Of a stretch of DNA of 56,984 nucleotides, positions 18,642 through 28,749 are shown in pieces. A program made the position numbers and the translations under genes. A model generated the notes under the pieces. It did no database searches, was not told the origin of the DNA, and saw only the letters and a list, made by a program, of their open reading frames with translations. Origin of the DNA: a virus (lineage: Duplodnaviria; Caudoviricetes); IMG/VR virus record IMGVR_UViG_3300005326_000011, positions 1-56,984 of that record, one strand, 5' to 3'. Every line of letters starts with the position of its first letter. Position 1 is the first letter of the stretch.

Positions 18642-19340
18642 ATGATACCTAAAAATATAAAATTATTCGTTGAGGGTGGTAAAAAAACAAGATTTATTAA
18701 AGGAAATAAATCTTGGAATTATGGAATGGCTAAAAAATACATTTGCAAAACTTGTAAAAATGAATTTAAAAACAAATCGCATGGAAGACCAAAGTATTGT
18801 AGCCCAAAATGTAAAAAAATCGGTAATTGGGGGAAATTAGTTGGTAAATGGAATTTGGGAAGAAAATTAAGTAAAGAAAGAAAAAAGCAGATGAGTAAAA
18901 AAGCAAAAGAATTAGGTTTAGGTAAAAACCTTTTTATCCCAGATATAAGAAAAAAAGCGATTGAAAATTCAAGAAGAAGATTAATTGGTAAACCAAGTTG
19001 GAATAGAGGAGGAAAAGCTCCTTGGGTCATTGGAGAAAAAAATATAAATTGGAAAGGTGGAATTTCTACAGAAAGTAGAAAAGAAAGAAAAATCTTTGAG
19101 TGGTTAAGGAAAGAGGTTTTAAAACGAGATGATTATACTTGTCAAATATGTTGGAAAAGGGGAGGAATTTTACATGTTGACCACATACAAAGATGGTCTG
19201 ATTTTAAAAACCTTAGATTTAAAATGGAAAATTGTAGAACGCTTTGTCAGATTTGTCATTATAAAATAACATTTAAAAGACCCATTTCAAATGAAAGTAA
19301 AAAGTGGGGTATTAAAAATTACTTTCAGATAGGAGGATAA
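18642..19340 (+). CDS. Free-standing HNH endonuclease with NUMOD3-like repeats
   Basis: NWKGG, VLKRDDYTCQIC, LHVDHI and NCRTLCQICH. Confidence 0.9.
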   Translation: MIPKNIKLFVEGGKKTRFIKGNKSWNYGMAKKYICKTCKNEFKNKSHGRPKYCSPKCKKIGNWGKLVGKWNLGRKLSKERKKQMSKKAKELGLGKNLFIPDIRKKAIENSRRRLIGKPSWNRGGKAPWVIGEKNINWKGGISTESRKERKIFEWLRKEVLKRDDYTCQICWKRGGILHVDHIQRWSDFKNLRFKMENCRTLCQICHYKITFKRPISNESKKWGIKNYFQIGG

Positions 19341-19344
19341 ATTT

Positions 19345-19944
19345 ACGAGTACTATAAGTCGCGTCAAAGAGTGGTCATCTGGAGATGTATTAACCGCCGC
19401 AGATTTAAATGCAGAATTTGATAACATTATAGATGATTATGATGGTTCTATATCAAACGCCAATATTTCAGCAACAGCGGCTATTGCAGCAACTAAAATT
19501 GCAGGAACGGCAGCTACTCAAACTGGTAGTGAGACTTTAACAAATAAGACTTTAACTTCACCGACAATAACAGGGCCAACTATTACAGGAACAATCGCAG
19601 GAAATCCAACAATTACTAAACCAACCGTAAATGGATCAGTTCAGGCATTAACTACTGATACTGATGGGGCAACAATTACATTCGATTTGGTAGGCTCAAA
19701 TATTCACACTGTAACACTTGGTGGAAATAGAACATTAGCTCTTTCTAATGTATCAGTTGGGCAACCTTTTGTAATTAATCTTATTAATGGGGGCTCAAAC
19801 ACAGTCACTTGGTTTTCAACAATTAAATGGGCTTATGGAGTTACTCCAACCCTAACAACAACCACTGGTAAAATTGATTCATTTGGATTTATTTGTACCA
19901 GTGCAAGTAATTATCTTGGTTATATATTAGGATTAAATATGTAA
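19345..19944 (+). CDS. Tail fibre-like protein (199 aa) apparently starting at ACG
   Basis: AGGAGG, 8-nt spacer, then ACG; the frame reads STISRVKEWSSGDVLTAADLNAEFDNI into the 19687 ORF; in-frame stop at 19330. Confidence 0.7.
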   Translation, partial: TSTISRVKEWSSGDVLTAADLNAEFDNIIDDYDGSISNANISATAAIAATKIAGTAATQTGSETLTNKTLTSPTITGPTITGTIAGNPTITKPTVNGSVQALTTDTDGATITFDLVGSNIHTVTLGGNRTLALSNVSVGQPFVINLINGGSNTVTWFSTIKWAYGVTPTLTTTTGKIDSFGFICTSASNYLGYILGLNM

Positions 19945-19945
19945 A

Positions 19946-20656
19946 ATGAGTGCAATAGAACTTTGGAATACAACATTATTTTATGATACAAGTCTCCAGG
20001 GTTACTGGAGACTTGATGATGTAAACGATAGTAGTACTAATAGTTATCATTTAACCAATGTTAATGGTACAACATTTGTTGCTGGTAAATTTAATAATGG
20101 TTCAAATCATGTAAGGGCATCATCTCAATATCTAACAATAGCGGCGGCATCTTGTCCAAAACTTGCGATAGCAGGGAGTCAAACTTGGATGGCGTGGGTG
20201 TATTTAGCAACGGATACAGGAATAAATCGTTATGATATTGCAGCCAGAGCAGATAGTAGCTCAAATCATAATCCAGATTTATTTATAGCAGCGGGTAATG
20301 TTCCTAAATTTAATGTAACTGGATTAACTCCTGCTGAAACAATCTCAACAACTCCAATAGTAAAATTAGGATGGAATTTTGTATGTGGAGTATGGAACGC
20401 CGCAACTTCCACTAAAACAATCTGGTCAAATAGTACAAAAAAAGATGATACTGGAGTGACTGGGACAGTTGACGCAACGGCCAGTGATTTTTCAATTGGA
20501 AGATCAGGCGGATATAATAGTAATTATACAGATGGAATAATTGATGAAGTAGCTATATTTAGTAGAGCTTGGTCTGACACAGAAGTAACTAATTATTATA
20601 ATGGTCTTGTTTCTACCCGTTTTGGGGCAGCATCTATTTTTAATTTAATGATTTAA
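19946..20656 (+). CDS. LamG/concanavalin-like domain virion protein
   Basis: LQGYWRLD, WNFVCGVW and DGIIDEVAIFSRAWS. Confidence 0.85.
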   Translation: MSAIELWNTTLFYDTSLQGYWRLDDVNDSSTNSYHLTNVNGTTFVAGKFNNGSNHVRASSQYLTIAAASCPKLAIAGSQTWMAWVYLATDTGINRYDIAARADSSSNHNPDLFIAAGNVPKFNVTGLTPAETISTTPIVKLGWNFVCGVWNAATSTKTIWSNSTKKDDTGVTGTVDATASDFSIGRSGGYNSNYTDGIIDEVAIFSRAWSDTEVTNYYNGLVSTRFGAASIFNLMI

Positions 20657-20660
20657 AACT

Positions 20661-21239
20661 ATGCCTGATTACGTAACATATCCAAAATTTAACTTTGACT
20701 GGACAGCAGCTCGTCAACAGGCTTATGATGAGCTAACCCCTTATTATTCCCAAAAACTTAACTTAGCAAAAGGGGACGTTGAGCTTGCTAAAAAATATAT
20801 TCAAGAAGATTATGATAGAGGTTTAAGGTATGCTTCTGAGGATTATGGTCAATCATCGGCTGAGGAAACAATAAAATCAGGTCAAGAAACATTAAGTGCA
20901 CAGGGCGAGGCTAATAAACGTGGAGTACTTGTCGGACAGATTCCAACGGGACAGGAGACATCAAAAGCTCCAACTTCCGAATATTACTCTAAATTTATTG
21001 GAGCTCCAATGGAGCAGGGACAACAACTTAGACAACAAGCAATAAAAAGGGCATTAAGTCGTCAGACTGAGGCCGCTGGAATTAGTAAGGTTCGAGGGTC
21101 TGATGAGCAGGATAGAAAATGGAGAGATACACAGCTTGATATTGAACAGGAAAAAAGAGAAAAAGCCAATACACAAATGGCACCATTAAAATATCAGGAA
21201 GCATATTCCAAATATCGAGCAAGTAATGATTTAGGATAA
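20661..21239 (+). CDS. Putative internal virion or ejection protein
   Basis: Q/A-rich helical protein after the tail genes. Confidence 0.5.
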   Translation: MPDYVTYPKFNFDWTAARQQAYDELTPYYSQKLNLAKGDVELAKKYIQEDYDRGLRYASEDYGQSSAEETIKSGQETLSAQGEANKRGVLVGQIPTGQETSKAPTSEYYSKFIGAPMEQGQQLRQQAIKRALSRQTEAAGISKVRGSDEQDRKWRDTQLDIEQEKREKANTQMAPLKYQEAYSKYRASNDLG

Positions 21240-21255
21240 AAATTATATAAATATT

Positions 21256-22032
21256 ATGGCACAACTAAATGAAAATCCGAATGTAGCAAACACAGATCGT
21301 GTTTCTCAAATACAGGGAGCTCTTGATAAAAGTAGAGCTGATATTGGTGGGTATGAAAAAAATGTTTCTGATGCAACGGCTCAATATTCACCCGCAACCG
21401 ATCGTCAAGTTCAAGATATGAGAGCCGCTCAATCTGATAAAATACAGCAACTTTTTGCTCATGACACTAAATTAGCACAAACTTATTTTCCAGTTCAAGG
21501 ACCACTTGGTGAATCGTCAGGAAATGTAACTCAACCTGAAAATATGCAAGGAGTTGTTGATCCCTTAATTGGACAGCGGGCTGCAACTGGACAAACTTTA
21601 GCAACAGCTAAGGAACTTGCTGATATTTCAACTGATATTGGTAGACGCAAAGACGTATTATCTGAGGGTTTGGGTAAAGCCATGCAACTTTTACAGTTTG
21701 GACTTCAAGCTAAAAAAATGGAACAAGAGTCATTTCAAAATGAACTTGACTATTTATTTAATTTAAAAAAGTTTGATGCTGATAAAGCAACTGAAGAAGC
21801 CGAAAAAGCTAAAGAAGAAGAAGATTTGCTTAAATATATTGAAATGTTAAAGGCTCTAACTGGTGGAGCAGGAGCAAAACAAACCACAAAAAAAACTAAT
21901 AGAAATTCTGTAAGTACAGCAAGAAAACCATTGGTTATACCAGATTGGTCAAAGCCAGGAGGCTCATATGTTCCATATGGAGATAGTGTTACTAATTCAA
22001 AAACAAGTGGTAGTACGTTTATACCAGATTAA
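21256..22032 (+). CDS. Putative internal virion or ejection protein
   Basis: Helical, Q/A-rich; positional inference. Confidence 0.5.
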   Translation: MAQLNENPNVANTDRVSQIQGALDKSRADIGGYEKNVSDATAQYSPATDRQVQDMRAAQSDKIQQLFAHDTKLAQTYFPVQGPLGESSGNVTQPENMQGVVDPLIGQRAATGQTLATAKELADISTDIGRRKDVLSEGLGKAMQLLQFGLQAKKMEQESFQNELDYLFNLKKFDADKATEEAEKAKEEEDLLKYIEMLKALTGGAGAKQTTKKTNRNSVSTARKPLVIPDWSKPGGSYVPYGDSVTNSKTSGSTFIPD

Positions 22033-22034
22033 CT

Positions 22035-24206
22035 ATGGCACGTATAAAAGTTATTGATAAAACAACAGGTCAGTCAGGAACGATTGAAGATTGGGATCTT
22101 GATCCTAATAAATTTGATGTAGTTGGTGGAGCTTCTCAACCGAATACAGCTTCAACAATGGGTGGAGTAAAGGGAACCATTAGAAAAGGATCTGAATTAT
22201 TAAATACATTAGGTTTAGGGGCTGTTCCTGGAGCAGCTGCAAGTATTTATGAAATACCTGGAATGGTAGGACGAGGATTTCAAAAACGATCAGTTGAAGA
22301 GGCAGCTCAAGATAATCCATTTTTAACTGGTCAAAAACAAAGAAGCCTTATTAAGGCTCGAACTGAAGGAATAGGTGAAAATATTAAACAAGCAGGAAAA
22401 GAAACCGCTGGACTTGCCTCATGGATGATAAATCCTATGTCAAAAGCAACCCTTCCTGTTAAAATGGGAGCTGCCGCATTATCTGGAGGATTATCTAATA
22501 TGTCTCAAGAAGATTCAACGGCTGGTTCTGTTGCAACATCTGCTGGAATATCTTCATTATTTCCACCTGTATTTAAAGCTGGTGGAGCTGTATTAAATAA
22601 GGTTGGAAAAGCAGGAAAAGATTTAGTTTTAAATATTTTTAAACCATCAAGTGCCATGCTTGATGATTTTAGAAAATTTGTAAAACTTGATTTTGTAGAC
22701 GAATTTCTAAAAAGAGATGCTAAAAATGTGAGTAAGATGGGAGATGATGAAATGGTAAATTATTTTTCATCTAAATCAAAAGATACAATAGGAAAGGTTA
22801 ATGATTATCTTAAACAAACTGGAGAATATATTGAATCAAGTGATTTCTTTAATTCTGTAAAGGAAGTTTTTAACTCAAAATTAAAGTATGAAACTGGTGA
22901 AAATAAATTATTACAAGCTCCAGCAAGAAAAAAGATATTGGAAATAATGAGAGACTATATTGGAATAAGTGAAGATCAAATGGAAAAAATGATAGCAAGT
23001 AAGCAGTTTTTACCATTGGAAATGCCACCCATTCGTATAGATACTTTTAATATGATGAAAAGTGATTTACAAGATGCCGCTTCAAGTTTTTATAATAACG
23101 GAAAAAAAACAAGTGCAAGTTCGGCGGTTGCTGATATTGCAAGAAAATTTGGTGATTTAATAGAAACAAGAGTTCCTGAAGTCAAACAAATGAATCAATC
23201 AACTCAATATTATAAAGTAGCACTTGATGCTTTACAAAAAAGAGTAGATTTATTAAAAACATCTGGTGGATTTATTAAGAATATAACAGGTCAAGGTCTT
23301 GCACCTGGACTTATAGGTGGAGCATTAGGTGCATTGACTGGCAATCCATTAACAGCGGCTCTTACGGGAGCTGGTGTTTCTGTTGGATCGGCTGCACTAA
23401 ATACAATGACTCAAAGTCCAAGTATTGTTAAAAATATATCTAAAAAATTAATAGGAGCAGGTAAAGCAAGTGTTCCTGATTTTATTAAAAAATTATTACC
23501 AATTACAACTGGAAAAGGAGTTGGGGCTATTATGGGTAAACCCTCAGAACCAAGTGTTATTCCAACACCAACAGAAACTCCAGAATTACCTCCAAATCAA
23601 TTTCCACCAGTTGGTGATATAGCAGACACAACTAATGTAGAAACTCAAACAGAAGTTGCTCCAGAAACAGAAACTACTCCAAGTCAATATGAAATAACTC
23701 CTGAAATGGTTAAGATGGCAAGGCTTATGTATAGTGACAAAATAGCTGATAGAATTGAAAAAGCATATAATGCTCAATTTTATGGTCAGCAATGGGAAAA
23801 GAAATTAAGTGGAGGAGAAGCTAAAAAAACAGAACTTCAACAAAAATTTTCTAATGCAGCAAGTGCTGGAGAAAAGGCATTAGCATTAATAAAATCAGGA
23901 ACCGTTAAGTCTGGACTTGGTCAGAAACAAATGGGAGCATTAGGAGAAACTTTTGGTTTTAATTCAGAAAATCAACAAACATATAGATCAACACTTGCTA
24001 TTGCAAGAACAGCAGTTCGCAATGCTATGCTTGGAGCTAATATGACACCGAAAGAACTTGAATCTATTCAGGCTTTTATTCCTGAATTTGATGATGCTCC
24101 AAATATTGCTGAATATAAATTAAATACGTTTATTTTATTGATGAATGAATTTGGTAAACGCTTTGAAGGTGTAGTTAGTAATCAAATACAACCGTCAACT
24201 GAATAA
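22035..24206 (+). CDS. Putative DNA ejection (pilot) protein
   Basis: 723 aa with Gly/Ala hydrophobic stretches (GLIGGALGALTGNPL). Confidence 0.6.
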   Translation: MARIKVIDKTTGQSGTIEDWDLDPNKFDVVGGASQPNTASTMGGVKGTIRKGSELLNTLGLGAVPGAAASIYEIPGMVGRGFQKRSVEEAAQDNPFLTGQKQRSLIKARTEGIGENIKQAGKETAGLASWMINPMSKATLPVKMGAAALSGGLSNMSQEDSTAGSVATSAGISSLFPPVFKAGGAVLNKVGKAGKDLVLNIFKPSSAMLDDFRKFVKLDFVDEFLKRDAKNVSKMGDDEMVNYFSSKSKDTIGKVNDYLKQTGEYIESSDFFNSVKEVFNSKLKYETGENKLLQAPARKKILEIMRDYIGISEDQMEKMIASKQFLPLEMPPIRIDTFNMMKSDLQDAASSFYNNGKKTSASSAVADIARKFGDLIETRVPEVKQMNQSTQYYKVALDALQKRVDLLKTSGGFIKNITGQGLAPGLIGGALGALTGNPLTAALTGAGVSVGSAALNTMTQSPSIVKNISKKLIGAGKASVPDFIKKLLPITTGKGVGAIMGKPSEPSVIPTPTETPELPPNQFPPVGDIADTTNVETQTEVAPETETTPSQYEITPEMVKMARLMYSDKIADRIEKAYNAQFYGQQWEKKLSGGEAKKTELQQKFSNAASAGEKALALIKSGTVKSGLGQKQMGALGETFGFNSENQQTYRSTLAIARTAVRNAMLGANMTPKELESIQAFIPEFDDAPNIAEYKLNTFILLMNEFGKRFEGVVSNQIQPSTE

Positions 24207-24347
24207 TTTTTTAATAAAATCAGGAAGATGAAATAAAAAATCAAAAAATATAATAATTGGAGCAATAATATATCCAAATATTAATAATCCAATAGCATAA
24301 GGATTAAATATAAATAAGGCTAATAATATAATTAAAATTATATTCAT
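24195..24347 (-). CDS. 50-aa membrane protein (moron), absent from the ORF track
   Basis: MNIILIILLALFIFNPYAIGLLIFGYIIAPIIIFFDFLFHLPDFIKKLFS, directly behind a consensus promoter. Confidence 0.65.
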   Translation of the reverse strand: MNIILIILLALFIFNPYAIGLLIFGYIIAPIIIFFDFLFHLPDFIKKLFS

Positions 24348-24355
24348 AATATAAC

Positions 24356-24384
24356 ATTATAACATATTACTAATTAAAAGTCAA
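24356..24384 (-). promoter_or_regulatory. Consensus sigma70 promoter for the moron
   Basis: TTGACT-N17-TATAAT with TG extension; ATG 8 nt downstream. Confidence 0.75.
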
Positions 24385-24386
24385 GT

Positions 24387-25916
24387 ATGGCAGAAAAAGA
24401 GAAGAAAGACAAAAAGAAAGTAACAATAAATATGCCTGAGGCTGATGTTATTGGTACACGGGCAAGACTTGCAAGACGAAGATTTTTTGGGAGAAAAGGA
24501 ACTGGGGGGGCAAATGTTACTAAATCAGAAACAGAATCTAAATCAGAGTCTAAATCTGAGGAAAGAAAACCAGATTCTAAATCTAATAAAGAAAATAAAG
24601 TCAAATCTGTTGTTAATGCTGTTAAGGAGAAATCTCGTGGTAGAGTTACTCCCAGTGTAAATACTGAAAAAAATAAACAAACTGAACGAGAAATATCAGA
24701 TAGACAAAAAGTAATAGATGCAAGAGAAAAAGATATCGCAGAAAGAGAAGCAAGAATTAAGGCAATTGAAGAAAGACAAGCTCAACTTGAACAACCAACT
24801 CCTGATATTATTGCAGCTATTAATAAAAGAATGGCTGAACAAGTTAAGGCAGAAACAACACAAACAACTAAATCAGAAGTTAAAACTCCAACAAAAGAAG
24901 CTCAAGTTTATGATTCAGACCCATATAATCTTCTTAATTCATATGCTGAAAAATATGCACCAGGAGATGAAGAATTTAAAAAGGTAGTTCATGCAATTGC
25001 TTTAACTGAATCAGGCGGAGATCCAAGAGCTGCTGGTGATTATTGGACAGACGATGATGGAGTAAATAGGGCTCATTCTTATGGACTTTTCCAAGCTAAC
25101 GTGCAAGGTGGGCGGGGACAAGGTCATAAAATTGAAGATTTACAAGATGCTGAATATAACATTAAAATATCAGTTCCTGAACTTTATCAAGCATATACTG
25201 ATGGAATAAATCAGGGATTAAGTGGAGCCGATCTTGTCGCTCATGTTTCAAGAGGGGCACAACGACCTGCTGAGGGATTAGAATGGAAAGCAGCTCAAAA
25301 TTATGGAAGATATGTCAATGAAGACCCAAAGACAACAACTGAGGATTTCATGATGAAACAGAAAAAAAATCAAATGCAAACATTTCAGGATTTTGCACCT
25401 AATTTAACTCCAACTCCAAAAATGCCACAATCTCCAATTCAATCAACTCCATATGGGTTACCATCTAATAATGAACCTGCATGGATGTCAATTGGAAGAT
25501 CTGTAATGCAAAGTGCAAATAATTTCTTACCAAAAACATCGGTTCAAGCTGCGGCTGCAACTAAACCAGTTTCATCATTTAGTAGTGGAAGTAGTTCAAG
25601 TGGAGGCGGAGGCGGAAGCTCATATAGTAGCTCAAGTCAATCAAGATCCTCAGCCCCATCATATTCTGCTCCAAAATCATCAAGTTCGTCTTATTCAGCT
25701 CCAAAGTCAACATCTTCATATGTTTCATCTGTTAAGGTAACACCTCAAGCAACAGCGGCTGCTAAATCTGTATCTCAAAGTAATGTAATGAAAGCTCTAT
25801 CTGCTCCAAAAACATCTCAATCGTCTGCCCAAATGAAAGCACCTTCAAAATCCTCAGGTGGTGGTGTGGTACAATCAATTGTAAACGCTGTTAAAAATTT
25901 ATTTAAGAAAAAATAA
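24387..25916 (+). CDS. Virion-associated lytic transglycosylase (SLT-like) with Ser-rich tail
   Basis: AIALTESGGDPRA and SYGLFQ motifs. Confidence 0.75.
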   Translation: MAEKEKKDKKKVTINMPEADVIGTRARLARRRFFGRKGTGGANVTKSETESKSESKSEERKPDSKSNKENKVKSVVNAVKEKSRGRVTPSVNTEKNKQTEREISDRQKVIDAREKDIAEREARIKAIEERQAQLEQPTPDIIAAINKRMAEQVKAETTQTTKSEVKTPTKEAQVYDSDPYNLLNSYAEKYAPGDEEFKKVVHAIALTESGGDPRAAGDYWTDDDGVNRAHSYGLFQANVQGGRGQGHKIEDLQDAEYNIKISVPELYQAYTDGINQGLSGADLVAHVSRGAQRPAEGLEWKAAQNYGRYVNEDPKTTTEDFMMKQKKNQMQTFQDFAPNLTPTPKMPQSPIQSTPYGLPSNNEPAWMSIGRSVMQSANNFLPKTSVQAAAATKPVSSFSSGSSSSGGGGGSSYSSSSQSRSSAPSYSAPKSSSSSYSAPKSTSSYVSSVKVTPQATAAAKSVSQSNVMKALSAPKTSQSSAQMKAPSKSSGGGVVQSIVNAVKNLFKKK

Positions 25917-25917
25917 T

Positions 25918-26802
25918 ATGGAAAAATTCAAAATTGGAGACATCTTTATAGGTAACTATTCTCAAACTCAATCATTTGGCGGAAATGCGTCAATGTACGC
26001 ACAATTTGGATTAAAAGGTCATAATGGATTGGATTTTGGTACACCAAACGGAATTCAAATAGTATCAACAGCAGATGGGTGGATTAGTGAAATTGGCACT
26101 GATCCAACAGGTTATGGTAATTATTTAAAAGTAGTCCATAATGGATATTTAACTATATATGCTCACTTTAGAGAAGTTATAATTAAACTAAATGAAAAAG
26201 TAGTAAGTGGACAACTTTTAGGTTATTCAGACAATACAGGTAATTCAACTGGCCCTCATCTTCATTTTGCAGTTGCCCCATGTGATGCAAAAGGAATTAA
26301 AACAGAAATCAATAATGGATATAGCGGATATATTGATCCAAATGGAGACCGTTGTCAGTGGGTAATTAAAAATTTAACTAAACCAGTTGAGGCTTCATCA
26401 TCATCTAATGAACTTGCCGAATGTTTAGCCCAACACACAAAACTTGTAAATGAAGCAGTAGTAAAGGATAAAAAGATTGAGGAGTTAAATAAGCAATTAA
26501 CCACTTGCTCTGCTAACGGAGATTTATGCCAAACTAAGCTAAATTCTATGACTTTAGAGAAGCAGGAGATTGAGAAGCAATCGGCTATCTACAAAGCCTC
26601 ATATGATGAGTTGCCAAAGACAAAAGAACTACTTGAACAAGCGGAAAAAGACAAGATTGATTATCGAAGTGAAATCACAAATCTAAACTCCGCTCTAACC
26701 AAAAAGACAAATCAATATAACGCACTTAAAAAGCCAGGTCTTAAATTCATGCAAGACGCTATGATAAAATTACTTGAGCATTTAAATATACCACTAACAT
26801 GA
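25918..26802 (+). CDS. Endolysin: M23 peptidase plus coiled coil
   Basis: HNGLDF, GYGNY, YAH and NTGNSTGPHLHF. Confidence 0.9.
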   Translation: MEKFKIGDIFIGNYSQTQSFGGNASMYAQFGLKGHNGLDFGTPNGIQIVSTADGWISEIGTDPTGYGNYLKVVHNGYLTIYAHFREVIIKLNEKVVSGQLLGYSDNTGNSTGPHLHFAVAPCDAKGIKTEINNGYSGYIDPNGDRCQWVIKNLTKPVEASSSSNELAECLAQHTKLVNEAVVKDKKIEELNKQLTTCSANGDLCQTKLNSMTLEKQEIEKQSAIYKASYDELPKTKELLEQAEKDKIDYRSEITNLNSALTKKTNQYNALKKPGLKFMQDAMIKLLEHLNIPLT

Positions 26803-27095
26803 TACGCCAAGAAAATATAAACAACAGACAATATGACACCAATAAAAGACAGGCGGTCTTAAATGAGGATACTAAAATAGATTTTAAAGTAAATAGCATT
26901 TGGGCAATATTAACATCAGTTGTAATCTCATCATTTATCTTTGGCGGAACTTATGCTGTTATGATTATTAAACTTGATAATTTACTGGCCTCTCAAAATG
27001 AAATGAAACAAGATTTTAAAGAGTGGAAAAAACAATGGGAAGCAAGGCTTGGCGAGGTTGAAAAAGAAATTTATTTATTAACTGAAATGAGGTGA
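26799..27095 (+). CDS. Single-TM coiled-coil lysis-module protein
   Basis: One hydrophobic helix then a coiled coil; follows the endolysin. Confidence 0.55.
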   Translation: MIRQENINNRQYDTNKRQAVLNEDTKIDFKVNSIWAILTSVVISSFIFGGTYAVMIIKLDNLLASQNEMKQDFKEWKKQWEARLGEVEKEIYLLTEMR

Positions 27096-27098
27096 AAC

Positions 27099-27263
27099 AT
27101 GGAAGATAATCTAAAATCAACAAAATTTATAATGGCACTAATTGGAATGAGCCTTTGTGTTTTATGGGCGGTATTTAGGTTAGAAAAAGAATACTTAATA
27201 CTTGCTTTATCATTTACTGGAGTTTATTCAGTAAGTAATGTAGTACAAAAGTTTTCTAAATAG
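27099..27263 (+). CDS. Putative holin (54 aa, two hydrophobic segments), absent from the ORF track
   Basis: SD GAGGTGA; MEDNLKSTKFIMALIGMSLCVLWAVF...LILALSFTGVYSVSNVVQKFSK. Confidence 0.6.
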   Translation: MEDNLKSTKFIMALIGMSLCVLWAVFRLEKEYLILALSFTGVYSVSNVVQKFSK

Positions 27264-27471
27264 TACTTAAAAAGCAGGTTTGACAGATTAAATTACCCTT
27301 ATGGTCTGTTGTTAAAAAGTCAGTCTTTTTGCAACGTATACATTTTTGTTTAATTTTATTCATGTGAGCCTTACCTCCCCTATATTCTTTAGGTACTCTG
27401 TGAGTTTTTAACCAGATGTAGCGGTCATGTGCTTCTTTTGATGCCCACTCCTCACCATTTATTATTATCAT
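27256..27471 (-). CDS. Small Zn-ribbon protein
   Basis: CIRC...CQTC. Confidence 0.5.
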   Translation of the reverse strand: MIIINGEEWASKEAHDRYIWLKTHRVPKEYRGGKAHMNKIKQKCIRCKKTDFLTTDHKGNLICQTCFLSTI

Positions 27472-27598
27472 AGCTTAGTCGTGTGGAAACGAGTGAGCTA
27501 AAGTAAAATAGATTTGGCTCGGTCTTTTATCCCCTCCCCAATTACTATTTTCACCTTTCGGTGTTTCAGCTTTGTCTATTTTCCACACAATTAAACTA
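27471..27598 (-). ncRNA. Structured intergenic element, ~128 nt
   Basis: Terminal ~19-bp stem with G-U pairs, nested stems, CACC-GAAA-GGTG hairpin. Confidence 0.55.
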
Positions 27599-27877
27599 TC
27601 ATTTTTTCTTAGTTTGTAATACCGTACCAATTACTAATCCATAAATTACCTTCATTGCATCACGATAGGCAATACGAAGTGCATGGATATCCATTTGGTC
27701 AATATCATTATCAAAAGCAATCCCTAGTATTTTAAATGTTTCTTTAATTTGCTCTTCCATAGATTATTAACAATATTAATAAAACGACTAACTCACCAAT
27801 TATTAAACTAACAACCTTATCATTATCCTCAAAGATGTATTTTAACTTATATTTATAAATATTTAGTGGGGTGTAAT

Positions 27878-28105
27878 TCATCTTACTTTCTTCCAATGTT
27901 TTTCATGAACTGGACTTAGAGTACGGGAACGTTCTTTATGATTTCCTTTGTCGCAACTTGGCTTATTCTCAAAACTTCTATTTGAAAAACCACTCCAAAA
28001 TGCCTTAAGTATGCCAAGCGCACCAAGAGCAAGTGGCGTCATTACCGCCAAATATTCAGGACGTGATAAGCAAAATTTGTAAAACTCACTTATTTCTTGC
28101 ATCAA
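27878..28105 (-). CDS. Small membrane-anchored hypothetical protein
   Basis: One hydrophobic segment. Confidence 0.45.
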   Translation of the reverse strand: MMQEISEFYKFCLSRPEYLAVMTPLALGALGILKAFWSGFSNRSFENKPSCDKGNHKERSRTLSPVHEKHWKKVR

Positions 28106-28749
28106 AAAATATTATAATACCTCCAACTATTGTTAAAAATAGCAAAATACCAGAGAATATCTCACTTATTTCTCTCATTTTGGTTTAACAATCTTTGTAA
28201 CAACTTCACCACCAGCTTTAAGTATTGCAATTAAAACGACAGCAGGTGAGGTAACGATTGAGATAATGGGGTTTTTAGGTACTTCTTTTTGAAAGCGCAT
28301 CTTTGGTCGCTCCATATAATTTATTTAAACTTTTAATAGTCTTTCCTAACTTAGTTTTTCTTTTAAAGTTAATATTTCGTTTATATAAATGTCCACATAG
28401 CGGACACATATTGCCCAAACTTGTTATAAGTATTGTACCTTTTTTAATTCTAAATCTTCTCATACTTTTTAACTAACTTTATAACTTCTTCGGAATATTT
28501 TTTACAGTCAATTATAACTTTAGGATCATCATCAAAAAGATGAGAAAAGTAAAATTCCGCAAATATAAGCGCTATTTCAAATTGTAATCTCTTGTTTTTC
28601 ATTTGTTTAATAATTTAATTAATTTTTCTAATCTTTTTACTGTCAATTTATTTCTTTTAATAATTCCTTTTCCATCACATACTTCACACTTAAATAGTCT
28701 TGATACTAAATAACCTATACCTTCACAATTAAAACAAACTATTTCTTTT

